A stretch of DNA of 64,000 nt from Anthoceros angustus (lineage: Eukaryota; Plantae; Anthocerotophyta). The notes beneath the pieces are model-generated. The model did not search any database. It saw only the letters and a list, made by a program, of their open reading frames with translations, and was not told where the DNA came from. The stretch is from assembly GCA_010909165.1 (NCBI GenBank), contig MU008161.1, positions 992,001-1,056,000 of the forward strand. The letters run 5' to 3'. Positions within the stretch are counted from its first letter, which is position 1; every line of letters starts with the position of its first letter. Shown piece by piece: positions 24,800 through 38,361 of the stretch. Position numbers and translations under genes: made by a program.

Positions 24800-27700
24800 G
24801 GGTTGATCCCCATGTCGGCCAGTGCAATGTGTTAGACTAGTGTCCATAATGTACAGATTTGGCACCCTGAAAGCGCGGAGCTGAAGATACAAGGCTCTTG
24901 TGGCGCATTGAGCTCACCTTTGTCTTTGCGGAAATGTTGAGAGAGACGCGTTTGTTGTTGTGGCTAGTCACACGGCATCAGGTTTTTTTGTATCCCAGCG
25001 TAAGTGTTCGGCGAGTGGAAATTGAAGTTTCAAGCTGTGTTGTGCGGAGCTTAGAGTTGTTGCAGCGCACAGCATGGTTTCTCTGATGTGCCACCTGGAC
25101 CAGACTTAAATGCAGGAACGGGGAGGCAGCATCACCTCCTAATGTATGCTGACATTTGTTCCCCTCCGAGCCTTCATGAACCAGTTGGCGAAAAAGTGTT
25201 CGAAGTCATTAAAGAGTGGAAAGAACTCGAGGTGGAGGTGTTGGTCTTGATTTTGTCTTGGTAGTCTCCTCAAAGGAGCAGTGCTGTTGAATGGTGGGTC
25301 GGTGTCCGGCGTGTCCCGTCTTGAAGAGCTGCTTGTCGCTGGCTATCACTCTTGATGCACCCAGGAAACATGAGGTGCTCTGTATTCTGCGTATCTGCAC
25401 GTGCTTGGAGCGCCGACACCGGGCCCTAGCGCATCGGTCAAGTCTCGCACGTACCTGATCCTGGGAGCACATGGTTGAGAGCGAAACAATTTACGATCTC
25501 GCTCTCCCGATCCATGTGGTGGTCGAAATGCCGGAGTCCCTGAACAGTGTGGCTCACGAGCCGTGAAAGGGTTGGGCGTTTCTGGATTTGATGGTAACCC
25601 AGCGCAACTCCATTCCAGCCACGGGAGCCACCACCTGTAGTCACGTCGTGTCGCGAGGATATCTTTCCATTCGTGATATTTCCGAGGTTCTGTTTTGTCA
25701 CCATAAGAGGGTTGCTTCCCACCAAGGGGTATGGTACCATCTAGGTCTAAAACATTACGAAGCTGACCTAAGATAAAACTAAGTAGGTAGTTGTTAGTGG
25801 ACTCAGAATTACGTAAATAGTTTGTCCCATAACTCTAATTAGAGTGCGTGTGGTTGCCTTCTTCATAAGATCTAGCTGGTGAAATACTTAACACCCTACA
25901 AGTACATACACTCTCTGGCCTTATATATGTGTAGGACTGTTACATCCGTAACACCTGTTAGAGTTGTTCCGTGTTGCTAAGGTTGGGCGGTTCTCTTATT
26001 GCACCATGGTGCTGGCTTGACATAGGCCCGGATGGGCCTCCAGATGCTCGGTCGCACAAGCGTAAAGGAGTCGGCTCGCTTGGAGAAGGAGCACTAGAGG
26101 GCAGGAAAAAGGAGAGCTAACACGCACAAAAACTAAACCGATGTGAGAAGTGAGCTACGCCCTCCCGTCCTTGGTGAAGCCAACCGGGCGTAAGCGCCGC
26201 CTAAGGACGTGTCCTTTTGAGCCTTGCGCTTGCCATCGGCCCGCATCCCGTACCCCCTATTTACTCCTTGTCGCCTTCCGACATTCCAGTACGTGTCCCC
26301 GGATCCTGAGCTCCTGCTACCGCTCACGTCAGGCCTAACGGCTTCTGTTAGCTTTCTATGCTCGGCGGCCACCTGCATGTCTGGCCGACCTTACGATTGG
26401 CAATGTGCCCGTCCTTCTATTGGTTACTCTCAGTTCCTCCAGACTTGCCTTCCACGCCGTCACGACCTTTCGCATTCGCCCACAGCTGATTGTGCCAGGA
26501 TCACATACAAATCAGCTCACTAGGGCCTTGTTGTCAAAGCTCGCCTCCTATTTAGCACACAACACCCCACAGAAAAACAAAACCACTACTAAACCAAACT
26601 CTGGGGGAGGTCAAAGCATAATGTCTCTCCTCTAAAATGACGTTTGAAGAATTCAAGGATAAAATTGATGCTATTCCTAGGGAGATGAAGTTCAAACATC
26701 CATTTGCTTATACTAACCGTTGATAACAGGTCCCTAGCTTGTCTCAAGGACACTTTAAGAGGGACGGTTTCCTCTCAACTCATGGTACAAATTCCTCCAA
26801 AAAGAGCTTGTCGTGAAGGAAGAAAAGGGAGGCCAGAGCAGAGGCAGACAAAGACTAGTTGTGTCAGGCGTGAGGTGTGCCAGTATGAAGAATAAGTAGT
26901 TGCAGTTGGCTAGAAACATGTTTTGGTTTCATAACAATAGCTGTACAGATGTTTTATGTAGTTTCGCAAATATGCATGGCAGAAGTAGTAACTGTTAGGG
27001 CCAAGTTACTGCAAGATGTGTTGGCAACAGGAACGCCGAGAGGACATGGAAGGCCACTATCAATGTGCTAGAACATGGAGCCAAGCTGGAGTGAGAGCAA
27101 ATTGCGTGAAGCAAAAGTATAGTAGCTGCTAGCCGGTCTTCATAGTGTATTGTCATTATGGGTAGTAAAACTTTTGCATGTTGAGCTGGATCACAAGATT
27201 GCACAAAGTGTTAGTGTGCCTGATTGATGTGTGGATGCCTAGCGCAGCTCTAACGTGGTGTAGAGAACAGACAAAGGCAATGTTTTGAAGTTGATGTGAT
27301 ATGCCAAGAACGTTGTTTTGCATAGCTGTGCAAATATGAGTGGTGACTGACATTTGAAGGTGTGAAGTAGACCGATAGGCAAGCAAACTTTTGCACATAG
27401 CGTTAGAGCGATTACGCGTGCAAGATGTAGTTGGTGTGCAGCGAGGTTCTTGAGATCAGACAGATTTACTAGTTTGACTGATCACGCTTACCAGCTAGCA
27501 GCCGTCGAGAGGATAACCATGGCTAGGTAACTGGATGGAGTTGTTAAGCAAATGAATGCTTGTGTGTACGTGTGTTGAAAGATGGCTGACTTGAAAGGAT
27601 GAAAATTGGTGATACAACATCTGTGAGCAGATCCAGGATGCCAATACTCAAGTAGTGATAGTCTGAGATATCTTTATCATGGAGAGACAGGCTGGAATGT

Positions 27701-27989
27701 GGAGGAGCGCATAGCCAAGGTGGAGCGGTAAAGGTGAGCGGCGAGTGGAGCCACTCCCTGTGCAGGATCTCACTGGCCGGCACAAGATTGAGGAGCGACA
27801 CTTGGAGATTGCAACAGTAGCAGCCGCATATGCTGAAGAATGCGTGCTGTTTCCAAGTATTCAAGGAATGAGTTGGCTGGCTAGGAGTGCGCTATTTTGG
27901 GACACCATCCCAGTGGATTTCGCAGATTTTCGGTTCTGCTATAGAGAGATTCATAAGGTATACGAGGATTGTGTGGGTGAGGCGGGTGC

Positions 27990-28660
27990 GTTTGAGCACA
28001 ACGCTGAATCGTGGCAGCATCTGATAGCCTAATACATATGCGCGCCATAATATCATTCGTGACTTTATATTTGCAATGGCTCGTGAAATTTGTTATATGG
28101 ATTGGAGGGAGCGTGGGTATGCCATACATATAGGTCGGACGATCAATGCCAAAATGTATCTCGTCAGAGCTGACCAAGTCTCAGTGAAAGACGTGGTGGT
28201 TACGAATCCTACGCGGGAATCCACCTTTGAAAATGTTATCCTAAACTGTCCAGGCTGGGCCCAGCTGGAGTGGCGACTTCCAAGGTTACTAAGTATAGGG
28301 GATTGCAGACAGATCACCTCTTCATCCCGCTTGCCTTGGAGACTTATGAGGCATTGGCTAAAGGCCTTGAAAAATTTATTAAGTCCTCCGCCCAAGTATA
28401 CTGCAAGGAGATATGGAGCGAGGCTATAAACCTAAACCTCTTTCTTATTTCATACTATTCTTTCGGCAGGGGTATCCATTACCCTCCAAAGGGCACTTGC
28501 AAGGGCTATTTTAAGGACAGCAATAACTCTTCGAGATGAAATAACATGACACATGTTGTCAATGACTTTAAACATTAGAACTTAAATTGCTCCTTCTTTA
28601 GTCCATGGGTCTCCCTTTACTAGATTGGGTTCGTCCAATCTCCTCTTTCCTTAATAAAAA
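27990..28660 (+). mobile_element. Non-LTR retrotransposon 3' remnant with restriction-like endonuclease (CRE-like)
   Basis: DVVVTNPTR...PGWA...SKVTKY...FIPLALETYEAL matches the RLE pattern D(V)...K..KY...F.P...E. It is frameshifted and has an A-rich 3' end. Confidence 0.65.
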
Positions 28661-28878
28661 CTTACGGTCCTACATACTTTTGGCCATAAACGTTGGCCCG
28701 AGCGCCACATCATCATCCGTCGGACTCGTGGCCTGTTAATGGCCATCCGGTACCGATGAGGAAAGACTCCGTTTGTAAAATTTACCTCCTTGGATTATGA
28801 GACTTGGAATTATACTCTACAACAGGAAGGATCGTAAACGTGTTCCAGCATGAAAGATGTCGGATAGGATAGTACGCT

Positions 28879-30817
28879 ATGGCGATCGGGAGCGTGTGCC
28901 TCGCTGCTAACGCGCTCGCTGCGCATCTCGATCGATGCAGTAGAGGTGGTGGCTTGGAAAAGCGGCCTGCCATCAGTCTGAATCAGACCTGTTCCAGAGA
29001 GGCACGGACCAGAGCCACCAGCTATTACCAACGGCAGTGCATCCTGAGGGCACAGAGATGTCGGAGCGGCAGACTATCAGGCAGGCGGAGGTTTGCGTTG
29101 GCGCGGGTGCTCAATTCTGCCGCACCGGAGGAGGAGAGGGTGGAGAGCACGAAGGAACCGGGAAAGTGTGTCCTTGTTGCGGGGGCCACTGGAGGCGTAG
29201 GTGAGTTGGGTTTCTTGTTCATTCTCTTGAACATCTGTCGGGACGACGCTGCCGTTATCCCAGGAATGTTGCATTTCGCCTCTGAGTTGTCCAGGTAATT
29301 TTTTTTGCATTGGCCACATTTTCCAGGGCAGCTGGTAGTGGCAGCTCTCCTTGAAAGAGGGGTTCAAGTTCGTGCGCTTTTGCGAGATGCCGAGAAAGCT
29401 CGCTCTCTGTTTGGTGACAGTTTCGAGCAGCTCAAGGTAGGCAGGCATTCCTGCTAGTGTGAACCAGGTGCTTTTATGAAATCTGTAGTCAGTAAAGAGT
29501 TGTGATTGATCTGGCTTTGTACGCAGGTGCACATTGGTGACCTTCGGCAACCTCAGCAGCTGGACCAATCGCTCTTTGAGGCACGGTGCTTTTGCTGAAA
29601 ATTGCCACTGTTTGTGGGGAACATGCTTGAGCAGGAAGCGATCCCCCTGTTGTTGCTGCCCTTTCTGATGGTGTATGGGACCGCGGATGTTGTAGGGTGT
29701 CACACATGTAATCTGCTGTACAGGCACAACAGCGTTTCCATCAAAGCGCTGGGATGGGGACAATGGCCCTGAAAATACAGGTACGGTGAGAGAGGGAAGG
29801 TTCACTTCATCTCCTTTCTCGAGGAGCATTTCTGGCTCATTGACATTTGAACCGGCTGATGATTCAAGCAGAGGGGAGAATTGCACTGCTTGCGTGCTTT
29901 TTCTGTCCATGAAACCCTCACATCCATCAGCACAACTTGATTTTGAAGTGGTTTATTCGTGAAGATTGGATCGGAGTACGGAATTTGATTGCTGCGCTGC
30001 CCAAGTCAGTCAGGAAGGTTGTGTTGGTGACGTCAGTAGGAGTGACCAAGTACAACGAACTGCCTTGGAAGTGAGTGCGGGCAAGCCTGCTGACTTCAGC
30101 TAGTGCACGCTTCTGACTTCCAGACATCACATCCGGCACTAAGGGGGCGTTGCAACACCGTCGTCTACTGTCCTGGATTGAACTTTGCCTGTGCCTCGCA
30201 GCATTATGAACTTGTTCGGGGTGCTGAAATACAAGAAGCTATCGGAGGACTTTCTGCAGTCGTCAGGACTGCCCTACACGATTATCAGGCGAGTTTCACA
30301 GAAGTAGGTATCTATTTTTCTGTAGGGAAGAGGAGCCAGGTCTGATTTTGTATCTTCTGCAGGCCAGGAAGGCTGACTGATGGGCCTTACACCTCCTATG
30401 ATCTGAACACTCTCCTCAAAGCTACAGCAGGCACCCGGCGGGCAGTTACCATAGGCCAAGGTGCGTTCACCCTCAAAACTGGTCTGCGTTCTAAGAGTGG
30501 GAGGCTGCCGACGACACTGCTCAGCCCAGTCTCTGCCTGCCATTTCAGGAGACAAGCTGATTGGGGAGGCTAGCAGACTGGTTGTTGCAGAGTGTTGCGT
30601 TCAAGCTCTAGACTTGGACATCACCACAGGCCAAGTCTACGAAATTAACTCTGTTGAGGTGAGAGGCATAAACCACCTACAGTCACGTTACCCTGTTCAG
30701 CCGCGCTCCAACTTCTGCTTTTCTGCTGAGATCTGCAACCCGATCGGGTGACAGGGAGAAGGTCCAGGAAGAAATCCGGTCGCTTGGGAGTCACTGTTCA
30801 GATCCGCTCGAGTATGA
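28879..30817 (+). CDS. ROQH1: Plastid atypical short-chain dehydrogenase/reductase, ROQH1-like (10 exons)
   Basis: Exons about 28879-29200, 29327-29436, 29527-29580, 29696-29780, 29965-30070, 30202-30288, 30363-30460, 30549-30658, 30755-30817 (nine read confidently). Motifs VLVAGATGGVGQ, GTTAFPSKRW, IMNLFGVLKYKK, PGRLTDGPYTSYDLNTLL and an N-terminal transit peptide are present. Confidence 0.88.
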
Positions 30818-31411
30818 AGCAATTAGGCTTCCTGTTGCCCATCTTGTTTAATCCAAGCGACCCTGTGCTTTGAAGGGCGGGCCTGCCGTCTTCTTCCTCC
30901 GTAGAACAAGACAAGCCAGAATTTCAGCCACTGTCTGCGGACGCACATTCCTGTGCACTCTACACCTCCTGTGTGCGACGGACATGTTTCACATTCCTCT
31001 GTGCTCTACACCTCCCTGTACCACTTGTCTTGTGATGCCCGTGATGAAGCTTTTGGGCAGACATTTGCTCAGCTCCATGTACGCATGCGAATCTCTGCTG
31101 TGGTGGGATCCATGGAGCTTGCGATCAAGCAGTTATAAAGACCAGTATCTTACTTCGGCGAATCTGTCCTTTACCTTGAGATCCGCAGTTTACCACGGTT
31201 GTGAGTAGTGGAGGAGTACAGAACGCACAACTTGTGCGATCGATCGTCTAATTTATGGCCCTGACTGTCTTTATCCGGTCACCTCACCTGGGTTTCAAGC
31301 TCGCACACGGCTCAAGACAGTCCGCCTGTCTTGAAAGCTTCAAACAGCAGTCAGTGTGGAGTCGGCAGCAATTGCAGGGCCGTGACGCAACACGAGCGGA
31401 GCGGCGACGCC

Positions 31412-34400
31412 ATGGACGACGCCGTGCTGGAGAAGGTGGTGCTGCAGCAGGCTGCCATTTTCCAAAAGGATCACCGCGACGCCCCCGCCTCCCTCCACCA
31501 GTCTTTCCCGCTCCACGTGGTACGTCTTCCCTCCGATTCAATCCGATCTTTAGGTTCCTCATTCGATCCATCCAAACATGCCAGCCCTGCGATTTCCAGG
31601 CGGAATTTCCCACTCTCAAGCTCAAGTTTGTGTAATTCCCTTCAATTTCATCTCAATTGTGTCTCCTGCTCAGTCGTGTCTAGCAGTCTTGGAATTCGCC
31701 TCATGGGAACGTCATTTTATTTGAAGATGCACTTCGGAGGATTGGAATTTTTCTGTTGCCCGGGCCTGGTTTAGTGTGCGTGCTTGCTTCCAATCCAACT
31801 TAACTTCTTGGTTGGATGATCATATCGCTGCTTGCGCAGTCTTTTGATCATGGATACTTCTTGACGGTGAGAGCAATTCAAGAGCTTCGTGACAGAAAGG
31901 GAGGTTCAATATGCGTCGGCATCGGAGGGCCAAGCGGATCTGGGAAGTCCAGGTAGGACTCTCCTGATTTGTTGGCGAAGTTTCTCAGGCTAATCAAACG
32001 TGTATGTGACATTCGTATTGTCTGGAAATTTCTGTGTTGCACAGTTTGGCTACCAAGATTGCGTCTGTTCTTGGAGGAGCTGTCATTGATATGGAGAACT
32101 ATCATGATCCTCTCTTGACGGAGGATGACAGCAATGCTGTGGAGTCAATCGATTTTGAGCTACTTATTCAAAACATTCAGGTGATGTGCTTAGAGGCCGT
32201 TGACTGTTAGTGGCTGCCCGTTTTTGTGCAATGGATGTACTCACATGGAGTTTCCTGAAACAGGATCTGATGAACGGGAACAATGTGATGACTCCACAAT
32301 TCGACTTCCAAGAGAAAAGGCGTGCAGGCGTTGTGGCTTTGGCAGCTCCCAAATCTGGAGTGGTAGGAGTTGATTGCCATGCTGCTTTGCCGTGTCAACC
32401 CTACTACCAAGTGTCATTCGTTAGTCGGATCCCTCTTGCTTGCAGGTACTTGTGGAAGGCACCTATGCACTACATTCGAAATTGCGATCCTTGCTGGACA
32501 TCCGTGTGGCTGTTGTGAGTGCTTGTGCTTCATCTTATTTCCATTGAGGTGCAGGCAGACAATTCTGGCTGTTGCAGGACAAGCTAATTAGTAGCCCAAG
32601 TCTGTTTCAAGGTTACTTGTTTGACAACCTGATTTGATGCAAGTCCTTATCATGTTTTCTATGTTTCAAACGGACACTGGTGGTTGCGCTAAAAAGTATA
32701 ATAAGCTCAGGAGGGTAGAGTTTGAAGGTAATCCTCGCAGCCTTGTGTTGATTCGTAGGTTGGAGGCGTTCACTTCAATTTGCTGTCCAAAGTGCGCCGT
32801 GACATAGGAGAGACACTGTCACTGGATCAGCTTATCGACAGCATATTCCCTATGTTCAGATCACACATTGAACCTGATCTGTATCATGCACAGGTGACTG
32901 TCAGAAGTTGAAGTTACAACCAGAGCATTACCTGATGCTCTGGTTGCTGATCAGTGCTAACCGATTTTGCAGATAAGAATCAGCAACAATGTTGTCTCCT
33001 TGTCCTTGCGAGAGCCTTACTACGTTCTCAAGACTGAAAAACAGGTTCATGTTACTGTGTAATCAAGTCCTGATTTCACCTTCTGTCCATACCTACGAGA
33101 GGATTTATGTCCATGGCGGTCGATCAGATGCTAACTGTTGATTTTGTCGGCACAGTCCTTAAATGCAGCATTGAAGCTTCTCTTTGGTTCCAGCAATGTT
33201 CGGCAAGAGCAGTAAGTTATGAGGTGCTCATCATCTGATATGCCAATGTAATTGTCCCAGGATCTTGCGTGGATTTAGCTGTGTACGAGGGTTTAGATTC
33301 AACCTCCAGTATTTAGACTCGCTTGAACATTTTGCATTAAACTACGCTGACATGTTTTGATATCCAGGTACATTGAAATGTACCTCAGTCCTCCGTCCGC
33401 CAGGGATTTTACGAAGACAAGTGACTGGATACGAATGCGTCAATGTGGCATCAGATACGATCTTGCTGAAGGAGATCAAAGGATTGTAGATAAGCACTTC
33501 ATTATCAAGCCCAGGGTTGAGTTTGAGGTAGGAACGAAATGATTACCTCAGACCTGCTGTTGTCTTAGTACTGTGTACCATGTTATCCAGTCAAGTCTCT
33601 AACTATCATCTAGTCAGTGGTGTGCGGAATGTGGGCAGTTTCTCGATATTGCTGTGTGCTCTCCTGACAGAGCTACATGTTAATTACCTGCTGTTGTCTT
33701 AGTACTGTGTACCATGTTATCCTGTCAAGTCTCTAACTATCATCTAGTCAGTGGTGTGCGGAATGTGGGCAGTTTCTCGATATTGCTGTGTGCTCTCCTG
33801 ACAGAGCTACATGTTATCACCTCTTCTAGGTTGGGAAAACAACTCTGGGTGGGCTGCTTGCTCTGGGATATCAAATTGCTGTAAGCTACAAACGAGAATC
33901 AACAATCATTGACAATGGAAAAGTATCAGTTTCAATTGAAACCATCGATGATTTGGAAACTTCTTTTCTTCAAATTAAGGGCCTGGATCGTAAGGTACTT
34001 TGCAGCGATTTTGATACCCCTCTCGACCGGGGCGTTGAAGCTGATGTGCAGTGTTCCAGACCAAATTGTTGCTGACTTAAGGATTTGGTGCACCAGTTGA
34101 ATGCTTCTTATGTGTATCGTGCAGGTGGTAGTGGCAGAGGCTGCAGCTTTGGGTGTGGATGGGCCATGGATCACTAGATCTTACATGGAAATGGTTCTTG
34201 ATAAAAAAGGTCAGAGGCTCTCAGACTGCAGGTCATCGAAGCATCGTTGTCAAAGGGCTACACAGTGGGTGATACTAGACTTTCTAGGCCTGGATTACTT
34301 GTCAGTGAATTATCGTTCTGTGGGTACCAGGTCTTCCAAGATTGGACTCACCACCCCTTCCGTCCTCAGCATTTGTTGCTTCTACATCCTCATCTGAAGG

Positions 34401-37400
34401 TTACGGCAATGTGTCTGAATCGGGAATCATCTCCCCATCACCAATTCGAGTTGTGAGACCATCACATTCGTTGAAGCCTCCTGACACTTTTGAAGCTTGG
34501 ACAAGGTCTCCGACGAAGACAGATCTGGAACCTGTCATGGGATCATGGCATATTACAACCACCTCAGGAGCTGGCACTCCCACGGTCAACCCAGTTATGA
34601 CTTCACAAAAGGTCGTGGCAGGTCTGAGAACTGACCACCTTCTGTCATTGATATGATCCTCCTCCTATTCGTGTAATAGAAGCCAACATTGCTATGGTTT
34701 ATAGGAGAAACAGCCAAAACCTCAGAAGTTTACTGGGGAGATCCTGGACCGAGTACTCAGGGACATCCTACCAGTGCTCCGAAGGGCACGGTCAAGCTTC
34801 TTCCCATGAGAGAATCCTTTGACTTTGACAGAGGGCTTCTTCTGGCTGTTCAAGCTGCACAAGTAAGCTCAGTTTTGCTTGGATGAAACAAGGTGCTGTC
34901 ACTGGTGAAGTATGAAACTGCAGGAGATTATGTGTGTAACGGAGAGAAGTGTAATTGTGATGTATACCCTCATGACAAGATTGGTTAACCTGTGCAGATC
35001 CTCCTCAATGCAAAAGGACCACCTATTGTTCTTGGCATTGGTATAGCTAAAAACCTTACCTCTTTGGTCTATTTTATCAGACCTCGTTTTGCATCTGTCA
35101 GTCCTTGTGGTTGTCATACATTTGATTCGACTGCACAGTTCAGGTATAGTGCTGTGAAGCAACAGCAGTAGTATGCTTAAAAGCTCTTGAAGCAGTTCGT
35201 ATGACTGTACGTTTCCTGCTCTGGAGTACAGTACTGTGACCGGGGCAGTGCATTCCTGTTAAAACTGTAGGTGGCCCTAGTGGATCTGGGAAGACAAGTT
35301 TGGCTCGAAAAATGGCCAATATTGTTGGTTGTGAGGTCATTTCTATGGAAAGTTACTATAAAGGAGAGGAAATGAAGGACTCCAGCTATGATGATTTCTC
35401 TGCTCTCGATATACCACTTCTCCTCAGGGTAACGTGTTCATCTTGAGTTGGTATATCCCCATTAACTGGTACATCCTAACATGTATTCTCACTCCTCAGA
35501 ACATTCGTGAAATGCGGGCATTGTCTCCGACAATGATACCATTGTTTAACTTCGAAATGAATAAGCGCAGTGGTTCCAAGGAGTTCAAGGTGGCACCAGA
35601 TTGTGGTGTGGTATGTTGCTATGCTCTGTTTGCTAGACGCCTTTTGTCGATTTTGATTTGCATCCTTGATCTGATCGAACTGTTCTGCTTACTTTTCCAG
35701 GTTATCCTGGAAGGTGTTTATGCCTTGCATCCAGATATTCGACCATCTCTGGATGTCTGGATTGCAGTGGTGAGGCAGCTTTTGTCCTTAAGCTACTCCC
35801 AAAAGCTTGTCTGCTGTATGCATGGAGCTATTGCCACAACTGCTAACAATTTCCTCCTTTTTTTAGATTGGAGGAGTTCATTCTCACCTAGTTGATAGAG
35901 TTCATCGGGATTTGGAGCGCAGTGGACAATCAACAACTCGACAGGAAGTGATGACAACTGTGTTTCCGATGTTTCAACAGCATATCGAACCCCACCTTGC
36001 TCATGCGCATGTGTGTAATTTTCAACTGCTACACAGTTTTTGCAAGATGTGTGCTGGTGAATCTGACTAAAGCATTCTTGTGGAGTCATTAGGATCTCAA
36101 TGTTTGGTTTTTGTATGTACAGCTGAAGATTTGCAATGACTTCGACCCAGTGCATTCTCTGGAGAGATCAATGTTTGTCTTGAAGAGCAGCAAGCCGGTG
36201 AGGCCCTTTTGTGTGTAGCATATATTGCATGCATTTTCTCCTAACCAAAAGTGTGCAACACTATGTGAGTTAGGTGACTCACATTTGACGTGGTGTGGCA
36301 AGGTAACGGCTGAGGATATCGTAAAAATTCTTGATCCAGAGCGAAGAAGCAGGACTGTCCAGAATTTTACTGACATTTACTTCCACCTTCCTGGCCTTCC
36401 ATCGGTCAGCCAATGCACAGAGGGCAACTGGATTCGTGTCAGGAACTGTGAAGGTCGATTTGCCTTGCTGATTAGGGAGGTGAATATCTGACGTCCCCTT
36501 CGTGTCCTAGTGCGTTCCTTCTACTGAATTTCTATGGACTACTAACATTTGCATGTGATCCAAATAGCCCATTAGGGAAGGAGATTTCATCATCCAGCCA
36601 AGAGTTGACTTTGACATCAGTGTGAGGACCGTGGCTGGTCTTTTAGCACTCGGGTAATCTGCAACGACGTACTTGACCCTGTTTGTATCTGGACCAGTGC
36701 TTTAGGCTTTTATGATGGGAGATTATAACCAAAATCTGCATCAATCGGTGATGCAGCTATCAGGCAGTCGCCTACATTGAGGCGACTGCAACTATCTATC
36801 AAGATGACAAGGTGGGTCTTTGTACATGTTCTTGCAAATGGGGCGGAAAAATGGTCTAAGTATCTTCAAAGCTTGAGATATAGGGCTCACTTGAGAAGGT
36901 GCTGCTATCAGCTGTTAGTCGAGGTGGATCACCTGAAGAACATCTCCACACCGTACGTGCAAATAAAGGGCTCAAACAAGGAAGCTGTAGCTGCTGCAGG
37001 TCAAGCCTTGAATCTTGAAGGAAGCTACACAACAATGGTAGGCTATGTTGCTCTGGAAAAGCAGGATGAAAATGTCTGTAGCTTCAGGTTCTCGGCTGAC
37101 GGTGTCTGGTTCTGTCATGTCCACAGCCTTACATTGAGATAATTTTGGGCCGGGAATCGTCTCCTGGAGATGGCATTGGTGCTGTAAACGATCCACAAGC
37201 TGCAAGGTTGCAAGAGTTAGTGGAGTTCGTGCAATCTCAGGTATCCGATTCGCCTTGTAAAACCTGCTTCAAATGGGGCTAATGACATCAGGCGCTCGGG
37301 GTAAAACCTTTATAAATGTGGCCTGAGGGACATCTCTGGTGCTCGTCTATTCTAATGTTTTCTCTTCTTGTGAGTAACAGGGAGGAATTCCTGGTTCATC

Positions 37401-37830
37401 TGCACTGGTTACAAGCCCTGTGCTGTCCTTCGAATGTGTGTTAGAAAGTCTGGAGATGAGAGTGCGGAAGTTGGAGAAGTTGCATCTCGTAAATTCCGTA
37501 AGTGCTTTGTGAACTGTTTTTGCAGTGTTGGGAAGAGCCGAATGTAGACTAGCTCTTTCTCAATGCGTTTGCAAGAGCTGCATGTTCGGTTCATGTTTCT
37601 GGTGTACTCGTGTAATCTCCCCGCACGGCAGCTTTAGTGAGGTCAGGTCCGGTGTGGCCGAGCTTCGCTCGGTTCGCTCGGGAATGGATGTGAATGCCCT
37701 TACGATTTTGTAACCCATGATGACACCTGCAATATTGCTAACCTTCCCCTTGCAGGTGATATGGACGTTCATGATGTCGTCTCTCGTTGGGTATATGTTG
37801 TACCAAAGGTACCGAAGATTCAGCCTGTAG
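31412..37830 (+). CDS. Tandem uridine-kinase-like/CYTH (TTM-related) P-loop protein with a C-terminal tail anchor, multi-exon
   Basis: SFDHGYFLTVRAIQ; Walker A GGPSGSGKS (about 31924) and GGPSGSGKT (about 35270); duplicated VGGVH, IEP(D/H)L.HA and QPRV(E/D)F modules; final exon VIWTFMMSSLVGYMLYQRYRRFSL*. Matches the At2g01460-type double-module family as recalled. Confidence 0.88.
33552..33816. repeat. About 131-bp intronic tandem duplication (period 134)
   Basis: 33552-33682 vs 33686-33816, with one mismatch seen (CCAG/CCTG). Confidence 0.92.
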
Positions 37831-38361
37831 GTGTCAGCCCTCAATTACGTTGAATTGATCATTTAACGACGTTCTCAAACTGGAATAGTCTTACCATCTG
37901 ACAACTGACATCACCAGACAAGCTAGACCAGAAGTTTTGAGATTCTTCTGTACATACATTTTTTCTCTACTGTACTTGGAACCGTGATAACCGAGGTACT
38001 GTAGGGCGCTGTAATGGGAATAAAGGCTCCCCATTGCTGCTACTGTACTCTCTGCTGAAGCCCGAAAGACTACACCTGCATGGTTGGCCTCGGCAAGTCA
38101 CTGTGGGACTTTTTTCTTATACATATGTAGGATCACCTAGTCCTCCTATTCAAACTTCGCTGAAAACGGAAGATTCCAGGCACTAAGACTATCGGTGGAG
38201 TGCTTATAAGAGGCTCTTGAAGACCCTTCGGTACCTTTCAACGAGTTCTGGCTTTCTGAGCACCCTCACCAGTCACGAGTCCCCCGTCATACATTCCCCC
38301 TTCTGGTACACATGGCCTCAGTCGACATAAATCATGGAGTTGCTTCCTTCTTGGTAACCAG

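Noticed and set aside
25200-27800. Possible LTR retrotransposon remnants (TGTTAG/TGTAAC-like ends, gag-like peptides)
   Set aside because: No paired LTRs, clear PBS or diagnostic RT/integrase motif could be verified by eye. It is probably decayed TE but cannot be classified.
29077-29910. 277-aa minus-strand ORF
   Set aside because: It is antisense to well-supported ROQH1 exons and introns and has no recognisable motif.
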